From the NCBI GenBank assembly GCA_014730345.1, contig WJIJ01000064.1, positions 1 through 42,048 of the forward strand: a stretch of DNA of 42,048 nucleotides, written 5' to 3'. A program made the translations under genes and the position numbers. Source of the stretch: Candidatus Zixiibacteriota bacterium (GTDB lineage: Bacteria; Zixibacteria; MSB-5A5; UM-FILTER-46-8). Below are positions 27,551 through 38,192 of this stretch, piece by piece; the stretch's first letter is position 1, and each line of letters starts with the position of its first letter. Under the pieces are notes generated by a model. The model worked only from the letters and a program-made list of their open reading frames with translations, had not been told where the DNA came from and ran no database searches.

Positions 27551-30500
27551 ATGAAATTAATCTATAAAGTACTGCTTACTTTGGGGGCTGTCCTCGCCGT
27601 TGGATTGGCTCTTAACTATTATACCATTAACTATATCATCCAGGAAGATTATGATAGAATTGCCAATGACTACTGCCGGGAATCTATTCGCAAAGGCGTG
27701 GCCGCCCTCGACTTACAGGCCGGCAACCTTTCCCGTTTGGCACATAACTGGGCGTCGCGCAATGAAATCTATGACCGTATGCCCCGGCTTGATTACGACT
27801 ATCTGGAAAAGAATTTTACCGACAAGGCCCTCAATAATCAAAATATCGACCTGATAGAGATATTTAACCGGTCGGGAAAGCTGATTTATCACCGGGAACA
27901 TGGATTAAGCCTTGACAATGCTCAATCACCCCTTGATATCGACGCCGGCATATTTTTCGGCCCGAGGATTTTATGGGTCGATGATTCTACCATTGCCGCA
28001 CAGTCGTTGGATGGCATAATCTCCACCCGCGAAGGACCCATGTTGTTCGCGTCACGTCCCATCCTGCCGTCCGATGAGAACGGCGAACACCGGGGCACCC
28101 TGGTCATGGGCAGATGTATCGACAACCATATTGCCGCCCAGGCGGGCAATATCTCCGGAAGCCCGGTCAAGTTTCTTGATATACGCAACTCATCGGTACC
28201 GCATATCCTGTTTGATAAAAAGGGATACAAACCACTGGACAGGTCGGTAGTCGTTAATCTTAAAGAATACAGCTTTATTGAAGGATACACGCTTATCAAT
28301 GATATCTCCGGGAAACCGGCATTTGTCATGTCAACCCTGATACCCAAAAACAGGTTTATACAGGGTCAGCAGAACGTACTTTTCAATATGACCTCGGTTA
28401 TCGCCATCGGCCTGCTGACGGCTATTACCGTGATTGTAGTGCTTTACAGGATTTTATTTACGAGACTGGCGCGTCTTACCGAATCGATCGCTTACATGGC
28501 CCGTACGAGCAAAATCCGTACAAGCGATTTTATCGACGGCAAAGATGAACTCTCCCGGCTGGGGTACCAGTTCAAAAGACTTATTGAAAAACTTAATCTC
28601 GCCAATCAACGCCTGCGGGAATCAGAAGAGAAATCAAGAAGCATAATCAAGAACTCGCCTGTCGGCATAACCCTGCTGGACAGGGACTTACGGTTGCTGG
28701 AGGTTAACCCCCAGATGACGCGGTGGTTTCCCGATATGAAATTCTCCTATGGCAAGTTATACACCGATGCCATGAAGCTGAACATCATCGAGCAAAGCAG
28801 GGAATGTCCCGTCGCAAAAGCGATTGAAGAAGGCAAAACGCAGAGCAGTACTATCATATTCAGAACCAATGCCGGATTGAAATATTTCGATGTTATCGCC
28901 TCGCCGATTGCCAATGAATCAGGCGAAATCATCGGGATTGTACAATCATTCACCGATATAACCAAACAACTGCTGGCCGAAAACAAACTTAAGCAGAAAA
29001 ACAAGGAACTTTCCATAATAGGGGATATACGCTCCGCGGCTAATTCCGCGAAGGATATGCAGGAATTATGCATGTTGATAGCTAATGTAGTGAACAGGGA
29101 AATAGATTTCGATCTAACCGCGGTTTACCTTAATGATGAAAAGAAACGTCTGAGAATGATTTATCGTACTTCCGATATCCTCTCTGAGCATTATTCCATA
29201 GACAACGAGTATATCACCGGTAAGGTCGAATCGGTTAAATCGACAGCTGAACCTTACTTTAAGGATAGCCTGGAAGACTTCGATTCCGGTAACGATAATC
29301 CGATACCGGTAGCATTAGCCATAGTACCCATAATTTACCGCAAGGAGATTCTCGGGCTGATTGTTACTGGCTCTGATTCCCGGCGTAACTTTACCATTGA
29401 TGACCGTATGACCCTGAAGATGGTCGGTGAAGAATCAGGAGCGGCCGTGGAGTTTGTACATGCCCGCTCCACCCTGCAGGAATCTGAAAACAAGTACCGC
29501 GAGTTATTCGAGAATGCCGGCGACGTGATTTTCACCATGAACCTCAAGGGGGATATTCAAACGGCTAACAGGGCCGCCCTCGAATTCATGGGCTACAGCC
29601 AGAAGGATTTGAAGAAGGGCGTTAATATCTCCCAATTGCTGACCCGGTCTTCGTATAAGATTATTCTCCAAAGGGTCGGCAACAGGGTTGCCGGGATGAA
29701 CATGAACAAGGATTTCACCGCTGAAGTAGTTAAAAAGAACGGCGAAACGGCCCTCCTCGAATATAAAGCGGAATTGATCAACAAAAACGGTGAACCCGTT
29801 GGGGTGCAGTGCGTTGCCCGGGATATAACCCGCAGGATAAAATCCGAGGAAACCCTTCGAAGATCGGAGGAAAAGTACCGCGCGCTGGTTGAGTCATCCG
29901 ATGATGTAATCCTCTCCCAGGACCGTCATGGTCGCTTGACATTCTTGCATCTCGGCGCCAAGTTCAAAGATGTCGATCCCCAGGCTATGATAGGCAAGCA
30001 TCCATCCGAACTCATAGGCGTTGAAAGCGCCGAAATATGGATGACCAACTTCCGCAAGGTCCTGCGCACCAATAAACCTGTCCATTTTTACGCTTCGTTT
30101 GAGTTCGCGGGTTTCAATCTGCGCACCTCCACTACTCTTTCGCCCATACGCAACTCCGATGGACGGGTGGTCGCCGTAAGTGGAATTTCAAAGGACATTA
30201 CCGAGCATGATGATATCCAGCAGAGGCTCGCCGAAAAAAGCTCATTTCTGGAATCCCTGCTTAAAAATACCAGCGATGTGATTTTCGCTCTCGACAATGA
30301 TTTGAAAATAACCTTTGCCGGCGAATCCCTCAAGACAACCTTCGGCTATCAACCCGATGAAGTATTAGGCAACACCGCGCAGTTCCTCTTTCAGAATGTC
30401 AAGGATTACGCCGACACCGAAGGGCAGATTAAGCAGAGCGTCAGCGAGCGCGGCTACTTCCGCGGGGAAGTAAAACTTAAGGATTCGCGGGGAAATACAA

Positions 30501-31792
30501 TACCGGTTGAAGCGACCTTCGCGCCCATATACAACGCCGATGGTTCTAAAAACGGATACGCGGCATTGGTGCGCAACTTCACCGAAAGTTACCGCCTGCA
30601 AAAGGAATTGATGCGGGTAACCCGCGAACAGGAAAGCGCTATCAAGGAACTGGAAAAGGTACGCGCACTTCTGGAGATGCGCGCCGCGGAATTAAAACGA
30701 ACCGGCGACAAGCTCAATGAACAGAAGGAGTTTACAGAAAATGTGCTTTCCAGTATCGATGACTGGGTGCGGGTTATAAATGAGGACTTTAACGTGCTGT
30801 ACGCCAATAAAAGCGTACGGGAGAAATTCGGCGATAATATTGGGGAGCAGTGCTTCAAAATCTTTGGCGCGGACGAAAGATGCGCTCAATGCGTCTCTGA
30901 AAAGGCTATTAAAGAGGGACGGACTGTCAAAAAAGAAATCTCCGCGGGAGGCCGCCACTACCTGCTCGTCAGCTCTCCATTCTATGGGGAGAGCGGTAAA
31001 CTGACCCGCGCGGTAGAAGTTATCCGCGATATTACCGAAATTAAATCCCTTGTTCACGGAATTATCGAGCTAAACCAGATGGCATTGATCGGAAGCCTGA
31101 CCGCCTCGCTTACCGAGAATATCAATGAGAAACTATGGAAAATTTCGGAAATGACCGACAGCGCCGGGGAAGTTGTCCCGTCAGAGGGAGCATTAGCCGA
31201 TTATCTCGGGGAGATTAACCGTAGAACCGGTGAAACCTATTCCATTACCGATGCCATACTCGCGTATACCGCCGGGGATTTCGAAACAAGTCAGGATATC
31301 GATTTGAACAAAATCATCGAGGACGCCGTAAAAATTATAAACCTTAGATATTTGGATAAGGAATTGTCATTCGAGATTAAAACAGGTTCACTAAAGGCGA
31401 TACATGCTAATCCACTTAAAATCAGGCAGGTGCTTCTGAATACCCTGGTTGCCATTACCGAATGTTTGGAACCGAAGAAAAAGGTCGCTGTAAAAGGCGC
31501 AAATATTGATGATTGCGTTGAATTAAGCTTCAGTTCATGCGTTAAAATGGATCCCGGCCTGGATATCGACAAGGCGCTTAGCCTGTCGCTGGCTGAAGAA
31601 GATTGGAGCGGTTTGACCGGGAATAAGCTGTATGACCTCGGTTTAGCGATTTCGAAACGAATAATGGAAGAGTGCGGCGGGATGTTTGAGATTTCATTTG
31701 AAAAACCCGATAAAGTTATATACAATATTCGATTTCCCATACCGCGGTCAAAAAATACTGTAAAAAACGCCGCAGGGCTTAAAACTAATTAA
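27551..31792 (+). CDS. Giant membrane-anchored multi-sensor signalling protein: TM - periplasmic sensor - TM - HAMP - PAS - GAF - 4 further PAS domains - degenerate HisKA/HATPase (predicted pseudo-histidine-kinase)
   Basis: Start at MKLIYK, where AAGAGG lies 7 nt upstream. Multiple PAS-like modules (SIIKNSPVGITLLD..., YRELFENAGDVIFTM..., YRALVESSDDVILSQ..., LESLLKNTSDVIFAL..., VLSSIDDWVRVIN...) and a GAF-like segment. The degenerate kinase core is described in the findings. Confidence 0.8.
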   Translation: MKLIYKVLLTLGAVLAVGLALNYYTINYIIQEDYDRIANDYCRESIRKGVAALDLQAGNLSRLAHNWASRNEIYDRMPRLDYDYLEKNFTDKALNNQNIDLIEIFNRSGKLIYHREHGLSLDNAQSPLDIDAGIFFGPRILWVDDSTIAAQSLDGIISTREGPMLFASRPILPSDENGEHRGTLVMGRCIDNHIAAQAGNISGSPVKFLDIRNSSVPHILFDKKGYKPLDRSVVVNLKEYSFIEGYTLINDISGKPAFVMSTLIPKNRFIQGQQNVLFNMTSVIAIGLLTAITVIVVLYRILFTRLARLTESIAYMARTSKIRTSDFIDGKDELSRLGYQFKRLIEKLNLANQRLRESEEKSRSIIKNSPVGITLLDRDLRLLEVNPQMTRWFPDMKFSYGKLYTDAMKLNIIEQSRECPVAKAIEEGKTQSSTIIFRTNAGLKYFDVIASPIANESGEIIGIVQSFTDITKQLLAENKLKQKNKELSIIGDIRSAANSAKDMQELCMLIANVVNREIDFDLTAVYLNDEKKRLRMIYRTSDILSEHYSIDNEYITGKVESVKSTAEPYFKDSLEDFDSGNDNPIPVALAIVPIIYRKEILGLIVTGSDSRRNFTIDDRMTLKMVGEESGAAVEFVHARSTLQESENKYRELFENAGDVIFTMNLKGDIQTANRAALEFMGYSQKDLKKGVNISQLLTRSSYKIILQRVGNRVAGMNMNKDFTAEVVKKNGETALLEYKAELINKNGEPVGVQCVARDITRRIKSEETLRRSEEKYRALVESSDDVILSQDRHGRLTFLHLGAKFKDVDPQAMIGKHPSELIGVESAEIWMTNFRKVLRTNKPVHFYASFEFAGFNLRTSTTLSPIRNSDGRVVAVSGISKDITEHDDIQQRLAEKSSFLESLLKNTSDVIFALDNDLKITFAGESLKTTFGYQPDEVLGNTAQFLFQNVKDYADTEGQIKQSVSERGYFRGEVKLKDSRGNTIPVEATFAPIYNADGSKNGYAALVRNFTESYRLQKELMRVTREQESAIKELEKVRALLEMRAAELKRTGDKLNEQKEFTENVLSSIDDWVRVINEDFNVLYANKSVREKFGDNIGEQCFKIFGADERCAQCVSEKAIKEGRTVKKEISAGGRHYLLVSSPFYGESGKLTRAVEVIRDITEIKSLVHGIIELNQMALIGSLTASLTENINEKLWKISEMTDSAGEVVPSEGALADYLGEINRRTGETYSITDAILAYTAGDFETSQDIDLNKIIEDAVKIINLRYLDKELSFEIKTGSLKAIHANPLKIRQVLLNTLVAITECLEPKKKVAVKGANIDDCVELSFSSCVKMDPGLDIDKALSLSLAEEDWSGLTGNKLYDLGLAISKRIMEECGGMFEISFEKPDKVIYNIRFPIPRSKNTVKNAAGLKTN

Positions 31793-31855
31793 TTTGGTTG
31801 ACAGTGATAGGAATCGTCCCTAAGTTAGGCAGTCGTTAAATAGAGGGAGTTATAT

Positions 31856-33682
31856 ATGTGCGGAATTGTTGGTTATATAGGTAAAAGAAAAACAGTACCG
31901 ATTTTAATCGAAGGACTTAGACGACTCGAATACCGCGGCTATGATTCCGCGGGAATGGCTATACTTGAGAATGGCGGTTTACATATAGAAAAGGTAGCCG
32001 GTAAAATTGCCGCCCTCGAACAGATTCTGGTAGGCAAAGAATTCTCGGCCACTACCGGCATAGCCCACACGCGCTGGGCTACTCACGGCGTGCCTAACGA
32101 CCTTAATGCTCATCCCCACGTCGACGGAACCGGAAAAATCGCCGTGGTCCATAACGGGATTATCGAAAACTATCGAGGGCTGAGAGGATTTCTCGAAAAA
32201 CGCGGGCACAAATTCGCATCCGATACCGATACCGAAATTATCAGTCACCTTATCGAAGAATATTATAATGGCGATATTGTCGAAGCGGTGCGTACAGCTA
32301 TGTCCCAGGTAACCGGAACCTATGGAATCGCCGTGGTCGACCTGAACAATCCGGGCACTATTGTCGCCGCCCGGCGGGGATCGCCGTTGATTATCGGCCA
32401 GGGTGACGGGGAGACCTTCGTCGCTTCCGACGTTTCCGCCGTCCTCGGACACACCAAGCAGGTCGTTTATCTCGAGGATAACGAGCTGGCTAAAATCTCC
32501 GCCTTTGGCTTCGAAATCTCGACAATCGACAATATCCCCGTTACCCGCGAACTCCAGGAGATATCCTGGACTTTGGATATGATTGAAAAAGAGGGCTATC
32601 CTCATTTCATGCTCAAGGAGATTTATGAACAGCCCCTTACCATCCGCAATGCCATGCGCGGACGGCTGAATTTCGAAGAGGGGACTTCACGTCTCAACGG
32701 ATTGAATTTACAATACGATGAACTGCGGGAGATTGACCGGATTATCATCACCGCCTGCGGCACAAGCTGGCATGCCGCCCTGATAGGCGAATACCTTATA
32801 GAAGAATACGCCCGGATACCGGTAGAGGTTGAATACGCGTCCGAATTCCGCTATCGTTCACCAATAATTAAAGACGGCACCGTTGTTTTTGCTATCAGCC
32901 AATCCGGCGAAACCGCCGATACTCTGGCGGCGTTAAGGGAAGCCCGCCGCAAAGGCGCCACCGTCCTCGGTATATGCAACGTGGTCGGCTCGACTATCGC
33001 CCGTGAAACCGACGGCGGAGTTTATATACATGCCGGACCTGAGATCGGAGTCGCTTCCACCAAAGCGTTTACCTCCCAGATAACCGTTCTCTCGCTTATT
33101 ACCATCCTTCTGGCGCGGATGCGCGGCATGTCCCATGAAGAGGGTATACGCATGCTTGACGCCTTGAACATGGTGCCGGAGCAGGTGGAAGAAGTTTTAA
33201 AGCGCGATGACGAGATCAAAGCTATCGCCAGGAAATACCATGAAGCCGACAATTTCCTCTACCTCGGACGCGGACTGCATTTCCCGGTCGCCCTCGAGGG
33301 AGCATTGAAGCTTAAGGAAATTTCCTACATCCACGCCGAAGGTTATCCGGCGGCGGAAATGAAACACGGCCCCATCGCGTTGATTGATGATAAAATGCCC
33401 GCGGTCGTGGTCGCGGTCAAAGACGCGGTCTATGAAAAGGTTATTTCCAACATCGAGGAGATAATCGCCCGCAACGGGCAGGTGATAGCATTGGCTACCG
33501 AAGGCGACGAGGAGATTAAACAGCTTTCAAATGATGTTATATATATCCCTAAATCACATCCCTTCGTCAATCCTTTGCTGACCAGCGTACCATTACAGTT
33601 GCTGGCTTATCACATGGCTGTGCTTCGCGGCTGCCATGTAGACCAGCCCCGCAACCTGGCTAAGAGCGTTACAGTGGAGTAG
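31856..33682 (+). CDS. glmS: Glutamine--fructose-6-phosphate aminotransferase (isomerising)
   Basis: N-terminal MCGIVGY Ntn-amidotransferase start. Two SIS domains. C-terminal ...CHVDQPRNLAKSVTVE. Confidence 0.95.
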   Translation: MCGIVGYIGKRKTVPILIEGLRRLEYRGYDSAGMAILENGGLHIEKVAGKIAALEQILVGKEFSATTGIAHTRWATHGVPNDLNAHPHVDGTGKIAVVHNGIIENYRGLRGFLEKRGHKFASDTDTEIISHLIEEYYNGDIVEAVRTAMSQVTGTYGIAVVDLNNPGTIVAARRGSPLIIGQGDGETFVASDVSAVLGHTKQVVYLEDNELAKISAFGFEISTIDNIPVTRELQEISWTLDMIEKEGYPHFMLKEIYEQPLTIRNAMRGRLNFEEGTSRLNGLNLQYDELREIDRIIITACGTSWHAALIGEYLIEEYARIPVEVEYASEFRYRSPIIKDGTVVFAISQSGETADTLAALREARRKGATVLGICNVVGSTIARETDGGVYIHAGPEIGVASTKAFTSQITVLSLITILLARMRGMSHEEGIRMLDALNMVPEQVEEVLKRDDEIKAIARKYHEADNFLYLGRGLHFPVALEGALKLKEISYIHAEGYPAAEMKHGPIALIDDKMPAVVVAVKDAVYEKVISNIEEIIARNGQVIALATEGDEEIKQLSNDVIYIPKSHPFVNPLLTSVPLQLLAYHMAVLRGCHVDQPRNLAKSVTVE

Positions 33683-33761
33683 CTTATAATTAAGGAATAC
33701 GCAGTAAATAATCCTTGACTTCGACCGAAATTTTGATAAGTTAGGATTTTTAAAATAACCG

Positions 33762-33834
<73 letters not shown>

Positions 33835-33837
33835 TTG

Positions 33838-33876
33838 AAAAAAGGCTGCAGGTTCATTACCACAGCCTTTTTTATT
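33838..33876. terminator. Rho-independent terminator, apparently bidirectional, between tRNA-Phe and the convergent T9SS-cargo gene
   Basis: AAGGCTG-(14 nt)-CAGCCTT stem flanked by an A-tract on one side and TTTTTTATTT on the other. Confidence 0.6.
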
Positions 33877-33892
33877 TCAAATGTAAAATGTT

Positions 33893-35524
33893 TTACTTCA
33901 GAAGGGTCAGTTTCCTGGTCAGGCTTTCATCCCCTGCAGAAAGCCTTGCGTAGTAAATCCCTGACGCAAGCCCGGAGGCATCCACTCTTACTGTATAATG
34001 TCCCGCGCTTTTATGCCCATCAATTAAAGTTTTCACAACCTGGCCCGCGATATTATAGATGTCGAGCTTGATGTGTCCCTCCACCGAAACTTCATAACCG
34101 AGAGATGTCTGCGCGTTAAATGGGTTCGGATAGGCCGGAGACAGGTAGAACCGCCCGGGAACATACTTATTACCGCCTTCGTCAACATCGACGGTAACCG
34201 GCACCCGCAGGTAGTTCAGCGGATTGGTAGTCAATTCGCCTTCGCCGCCGCTGTACATCCCCGCGTCCTTGTCATTTACATAATACAGGTGGAGATTGTT
34301 GTCCACGAACTCCGCGGTGCTCAACTGGAAATCATTGTCGCAGTTTCCGGGCATGCAACCGGGGCTTTCCGAATTGGTAAGGTTTTCCTCCGGAAGCCAG
34401 AATTCGCCGCCGTCAACCGACATGGTGTAGTAAATATCTCCATTGGAAAATCCGCCGTGGGACATATCCTGGTCGTTGAACCTGCAATAGGTAACATACA
34501 GGTCGCCGTTTTCAGTTATCGATATGTTCGCGCTGGAAATCGAGCGGTTCTGGGAGCCGGGCATTGAGTAGTTCATTCCCTCGGCTACCATGTCGATGCC
34601 CGTAGGTTCGCTCCAGTGCCACAACATGCACGAATCCGGCGTTGAATACTGCGTTATAGGATTAAAAAGCGGGGTGGTCCATATAATATGCAGATTACCG
34701 TCCGGGTCGTAGACCGCGTCAATATTGTTGAAACAACGAATGGAATCATCATTGGTGTAATTTGTAATGTTTATCTTGTTGTCGAAATCCCAGGTAACGC
34801 CGTCCTCGCTTTCGATATATACAACATCATTGTTAACGAACGTCGGTTCCATCAGGTTTTTAGGTTTGGCGTAGACAATCGCCGCTTTATCATCAAATTT
34901 CGACGTAACTACCGTATAAGCCTGCACCGTAACCGTATCCACCAGCGCCGTCGGCTCCCATGTGTCCGGAGTATCGGTGGAATGGGTGTAAATCATCTGC
35001 ACGGTTATTTCCTGCATCCCGTGTTCCACAGCCACAATATGATACCTTCCGTTTATATCCAGGTCTACCCTCGGCCAGAAGGTAGTGCCGCCGCCGGGGA
35101 AATTGTCCGGCGGGTCATATAAAGTAAACAGGCCAAACCCGCGGGATGCGTCTATACCGAGGGTTAACGCCATATTACTGAAATTATGATATGCCACCGC
35201 CGCGGCATCATCGGAATTGGCTACCACCGTTGGGAAACCCGCGCCGGCTACCTGGTTTACTTCCACACCATCTTCACCAAATGCTACCCCATTGAACTCA
35301 TCAATAAAATTGTAATATACATAACGGTTGGATAGGTCTCCCTCGGTCCAGCCGACATGCGCCCCTCCCTGGCTGTCCAGCGCGCAACGGTTGTTGGTCG
35401 CCCCCACCGTTTGCTGGTCCCTGGTGGTGTATCCTACAGTAATGCCCGGCGAATCCGCGCCGGCAACGACGGGTATCGACAGAAGACATATGAGGATATA
35501 GACAAGATTTCTTTTAAAAATCAT
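33893..35524 (-). CDS. Secreted BNR/Asp-box (sialidase-fold-like) repeat protein with a C-terminal T9SS (Por) type-A sorting domain
   Basis: The C-terminal ~80 aa (YLSPAYPNPFNAQTSLGYEVSVEGHIKLDIYNIAGQVVKTL...GIYYARLSAGDESLTRKLTLLK) matches the T9SS CTD. Signal peptide. Repeated S-x-D-x-G-x-(T/F)-W-like motifs. Start set at MIFKRN, where AAGGAG lies 6 nt upstream. Confidence 0.7.
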   Translation of the reverse strand: MIFKRNLVYILICLLSIPVVAGADSPGITVGYTTRDQQTVGATNNRCALDSQGGAHVGWTEGDLSNRYVYYNFIDEFNGVAFGEDGVEVNQVAGAGFPTVVANSDDAAAVAYHNFSNMALTLGIDASRGFGLFTLYDPPDNFPGGGTTFWPRVDLDINGRYHIVAVEHGMQEITVQMIYTHSTDTPDTWEPTALVDTVTVQAYTVVTSKFDDKAAIVYAKPKNLMEPTFVNNDVVYIESEDGVTWDFDNKINITNYTNDDSIRCFNNIDAVYDPDGNLHIIWTTPLFNPITQYSTPDSCMLWHWSEPTGIDMVAEGMNYSMPGSQNRSISSANISITENGDLYVTYCRFNDQDMSHGGFSNGDIYYTMSVDGGEFWLPEENLTNSESPGCMPGNCDNDFQLSTAEFVDNNLHLYYVNDKDAGMYSGGEGELTTNPLNYLRVPVTVDVDEGGNKYVPGRFYLSPAYPNPFNAQTSLGYEVSVEGHIKLDIYNIAGQVVKTLIDGHKSAGHYTVRVDASGLASGIYYARLSAGDESLTRKLTLLK

Positions 35525-35829
35525 ACTGTTCTCCTTATTCTGCATTAAAGCTACATGAAGTATTATAATCGAAAATTGAAATTTGGCAACCCCTAATTTC
35601 CGAAACCCTCAAAATAGTAACGGTTTATAAAGAAATGCCTTTCAAGAGATACTAAATATTTTTCGAAGTCTGTCGATATACCTCAATGAGATAAATAAGT
35701 TTAGGGAAAAAATACTCTAAACCCCTTAAGCGAGAGATCTTGATTATGTCCGCGATATACACACGAACTTTTTACTTGACTTAAACCGTTGTTGCGGATA
35801 AGTTAATTTGTCTTAGCATGGATGGCTGA

Positions 35830-36882
35830 ATGAAAATTCCAGGGAAATCTAAAAACGCAATCGGTCTTGATATAGGTTCCAATTCCATTAAACTGGCGAA
35901 GCTGGGGCAAAAGGGCGATACTTTTGAACTACGCTCCATCGGTTATCGGGAAATTTCGCCCGAAGCTATGGTGGCATCCGAGATAAAAGACCGTGAAGCT
36001 ATTATTTTTGATCTCCAGAACCTTATCGACCAGTACGAACCCAAGGCGAAGGATGTCGTTGTCTCTATCGAGGGACATGGTATAATCACCGATAAAATCA
36101 ATATCGATAAAAAATCGGGGGCCGAAGCCGAACAGGCAATCCTATTCGAGGCCGAGCAGAGATCTCCTTTCGATGTCGAAGATGTTACCATGGATTTCCA
36201 CATCATCAACGTCAACGAAGAAACCAACAAGATGGATGTCCTGCTGGTCGCCGCCCGCAATGAATACCTTCGTTCCTATTTGAGCATCATCACCGATGCC
36301 GGGCTGAATCCGGTTATCGTGGATGCTGACTCGCTGGCGATACTGAATGCTTTCGAAATTAACTATGAAGTGGACCCCCATCGGGTAACCGCGCTGGTTA
36401 ACGTGGGCTTCGATATCACCAATGTAACCTTTATCAACAATGGGCTATATCATTCCACCCGCGATGTTACCGGCGGCGCGAGGATGATCTACGAATCGGT
36501 CCAGCGCGAATTCCGCCTGAACCAGGACCTGGCCATGAAAGTTTTAAAAGGGGAGATGGCTTCTTCAATCGATCAGGACCTGCTTAAAGCCACACTGGTT
36601 ACATCCACCGATGAATTGCTCTCCGGCCTGGAGATTGCGTTCTCATATTTCAAATCATCGGCAAAGGTCAGCGACATCGACTGGGTGCTTTTATCGGGTG
36701 GCGGAAGTTTGATTCCCCATTTCCCGGAACTACTGCAATCAAGATTGGGAACTTCCGTGGAAATTGCCAATCCGCTTCGAAATATCGAATATGATCCGAC
36801 GTTATTTACCGGAATGCAGATAGAGAGAACCGCGCCAATATTTATGGTGGCAATTGGATTAGCGGCACGGAGGATAAAATAA
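35830..36882 (+). CDS. pilM: Type IV pilus assembly ATPase-fold protein PilM
   Basis: Actin-like fold signature IGLDIGSNSIKLA at the N-terminus. ~350 aa. Followed by pilNOPQ. Confidence 0.85.
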   Translation: MKIPGKSKNAIGLDIGSNSIKLAKLGQKGDTFELRSIGYREISPEAMVASEIKDREAIIFDLQNLIDQYEPKAKDVVVSIEGHGIITDKINIDKKSGAEAEQAILFEAEQRSPFDVEDVTMDFHIINVNEETNKMDVLLVAARNEYLRSYLSIITDAGLNPVIVDADSLAILNAFEINYEVDPHRVTALVNVGFDITNVTFINNGLYHSTRDVTGGARMIYESVQREFRLNQDLAMKVLKGEMASSIDQDLLKATLVTSTDELLSGLEIAFSYFKSSAKVSDIDWVLLSGGGSLIPHFPELLQSRLGTSVEIANPLRNIEYDPTLFTGMQIERTAPIFMVAIGLAARRIK

Positions 36883-36885
36883 TAA

Positions 36886-37518
36886 ATGGTTGAGATTAAC
36901 CTACTTCCAAAGGAATTTCAGAAAAAGGGCCTGTCGTTATCCTTCGACAAGACCTTCCTCTACGTGCTCGGCGCCGCCGCGGCCCTGATTTTAATTATGG
37001 CGGCGGTCTCCATCTACCAGAGCGTTCAGCTGGGCAATATCGAGGAGAAAATCGAAATCGCCCAGGCCAAGACCGATGCCTACAAGGATGAAATCGCCCA
37101 GATAGATAATTTGAACGCCTTGAAGGAAAAGGTTCTCGCCCGAATGAAAGCTATCAAGATACTGGACAAGAACAGGACCTACTGGGTATCGCTGTTAAGC
37201 GACCTTACCGGAAGGATCCCATCCCATGTCTGGTTAACAGGTTTCGTCCAGGCCGGAGCCAAGGATACGGGAAAGAAAAGCGTAATTAAAGGCCAGGAGG
37301 CAGAGGATGCCGCTTCCAAAAACACGGTTCTGGAAGGTTACACGTTCTCTTTAAACGCCCTCGCCGCCTTTTTAATACAACTGAACCGCTCGGATTATTT
37401 CGACAAACTCAGTATCAGCAGTATCAAGCTCGAGGATGTCGATGACCGGGCCATGTATAACTTTAAGATAAACTGCGAACTCGTCAAAACAGTGGAGCAG
37501 GACAAGGATAAAGGATAA
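36886..37518 (+). CDS. pilN: Type IV pilus assembly protein PilN
   Basis: INLLP motif. Single N-terminal TM, coiled coil and periplasmic domain. Operon position. Confidence 0.8.
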   Translation: MVEINLLPKEFQKKGLSLSFDKTFLYVLGAAAALILIMAAVSIYQSVQLGNIEEKIEIAQAKTDAYKDEIAQIDNLNALKEKVLARMKAIKILDKNRTYWVSLLSDLTGRIPSHVWLTGFVQAGAKDTGKKSVIKGQEAEDAASKNTVLEGYTFSLNALAAFLIQLNRSDYFDKLSISSIKLEDVDDRAMYNFKINCELVKTVEQDKDKG

Positions 37519-37583
37519 TCGCCGTCATAAAACGGGATTAAATACCGGTCGTTAACAATCAACGGCGTGGACGGAGATATAAA

Positions 37584-38192
37584 ATGGATTTTAGAGACCC
37601 GAAAAATCAAAAATTAGCCATAGTGGTCATCGTTATCATACTTATTGCCTATATATGGTATGATAAGATGTATACTCCCACAAATGTCGAGATTGCCGAG
37701 AAATACTCCCAGTATGAAGCTTTATTGACCAAGCTGAACCAGGTCGAGCAAAAAGCCAAAAACCTGGAAAATCTGAAGGCCGAATACAACGACCTTCTTC
37801 AATCATACCGGCCCATGGAAACCCTACTGCCGGAAAACCTCGAATTCTCGACCCTGCTCAGTCAGGTGCATGCCTCCGCGCAGGGAAGCGGTTCTGTGGT
37901 CTATGAACTTCAACCAGCCGGGATTGTCCCGCAGGAATTCTACCAGGCGCAGGAATATACGGTTAAAATGGCTTCGACATTTCATGACCTGGGGACCTTT
38001 TTCGCCTCGGTGTCCAATTTTCCGTTTATCGTCAATATTTCCAAACTGATAATACAGCAGTACGAGGATTTGCCTAAAACCCCAAAATTCAAGGATAAAA
38101 CCCTGATAGCCGATTTCCGTTTGACCTCCTATACGGCAAAATCCGCCGGAGGCGCGCAAAAGACTGAGGCGCAGAAAGCTGGGGGTAATTAA
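37584..38192 (+). CDS. pilO: Type IV pilus assembly protein PilO
   Basis: Single TM plus coiled coil plus periplasmic domain. Size and operon position fit. Confidence 0.7.
   Translation: MDFRDPKNQKLAIVVIVIILIAYIWYDKMYTPTNVEIAEKYSQYEALLTKLNQVEQKAKNLENLKAEYNDLLQSYRPMETLLPENLEFSTLLSQVHASAQGSGSVVYELQPAGIVPQEFYQAQEYTVKMASTFHDLGTFFASVSNFPFIVNISKLIIQQYEDLPKTPKFKDKTLIADFRLTSYTAKSAGGAQKTEAQKAGGN

Noticed and set aside
31793-31855. glmS ribozyme upstream of glmS
   Set aside because: Only 63 bp of leader are available, far too short for the ~170-nt ribozyme, and the lineage is not one where it is known.
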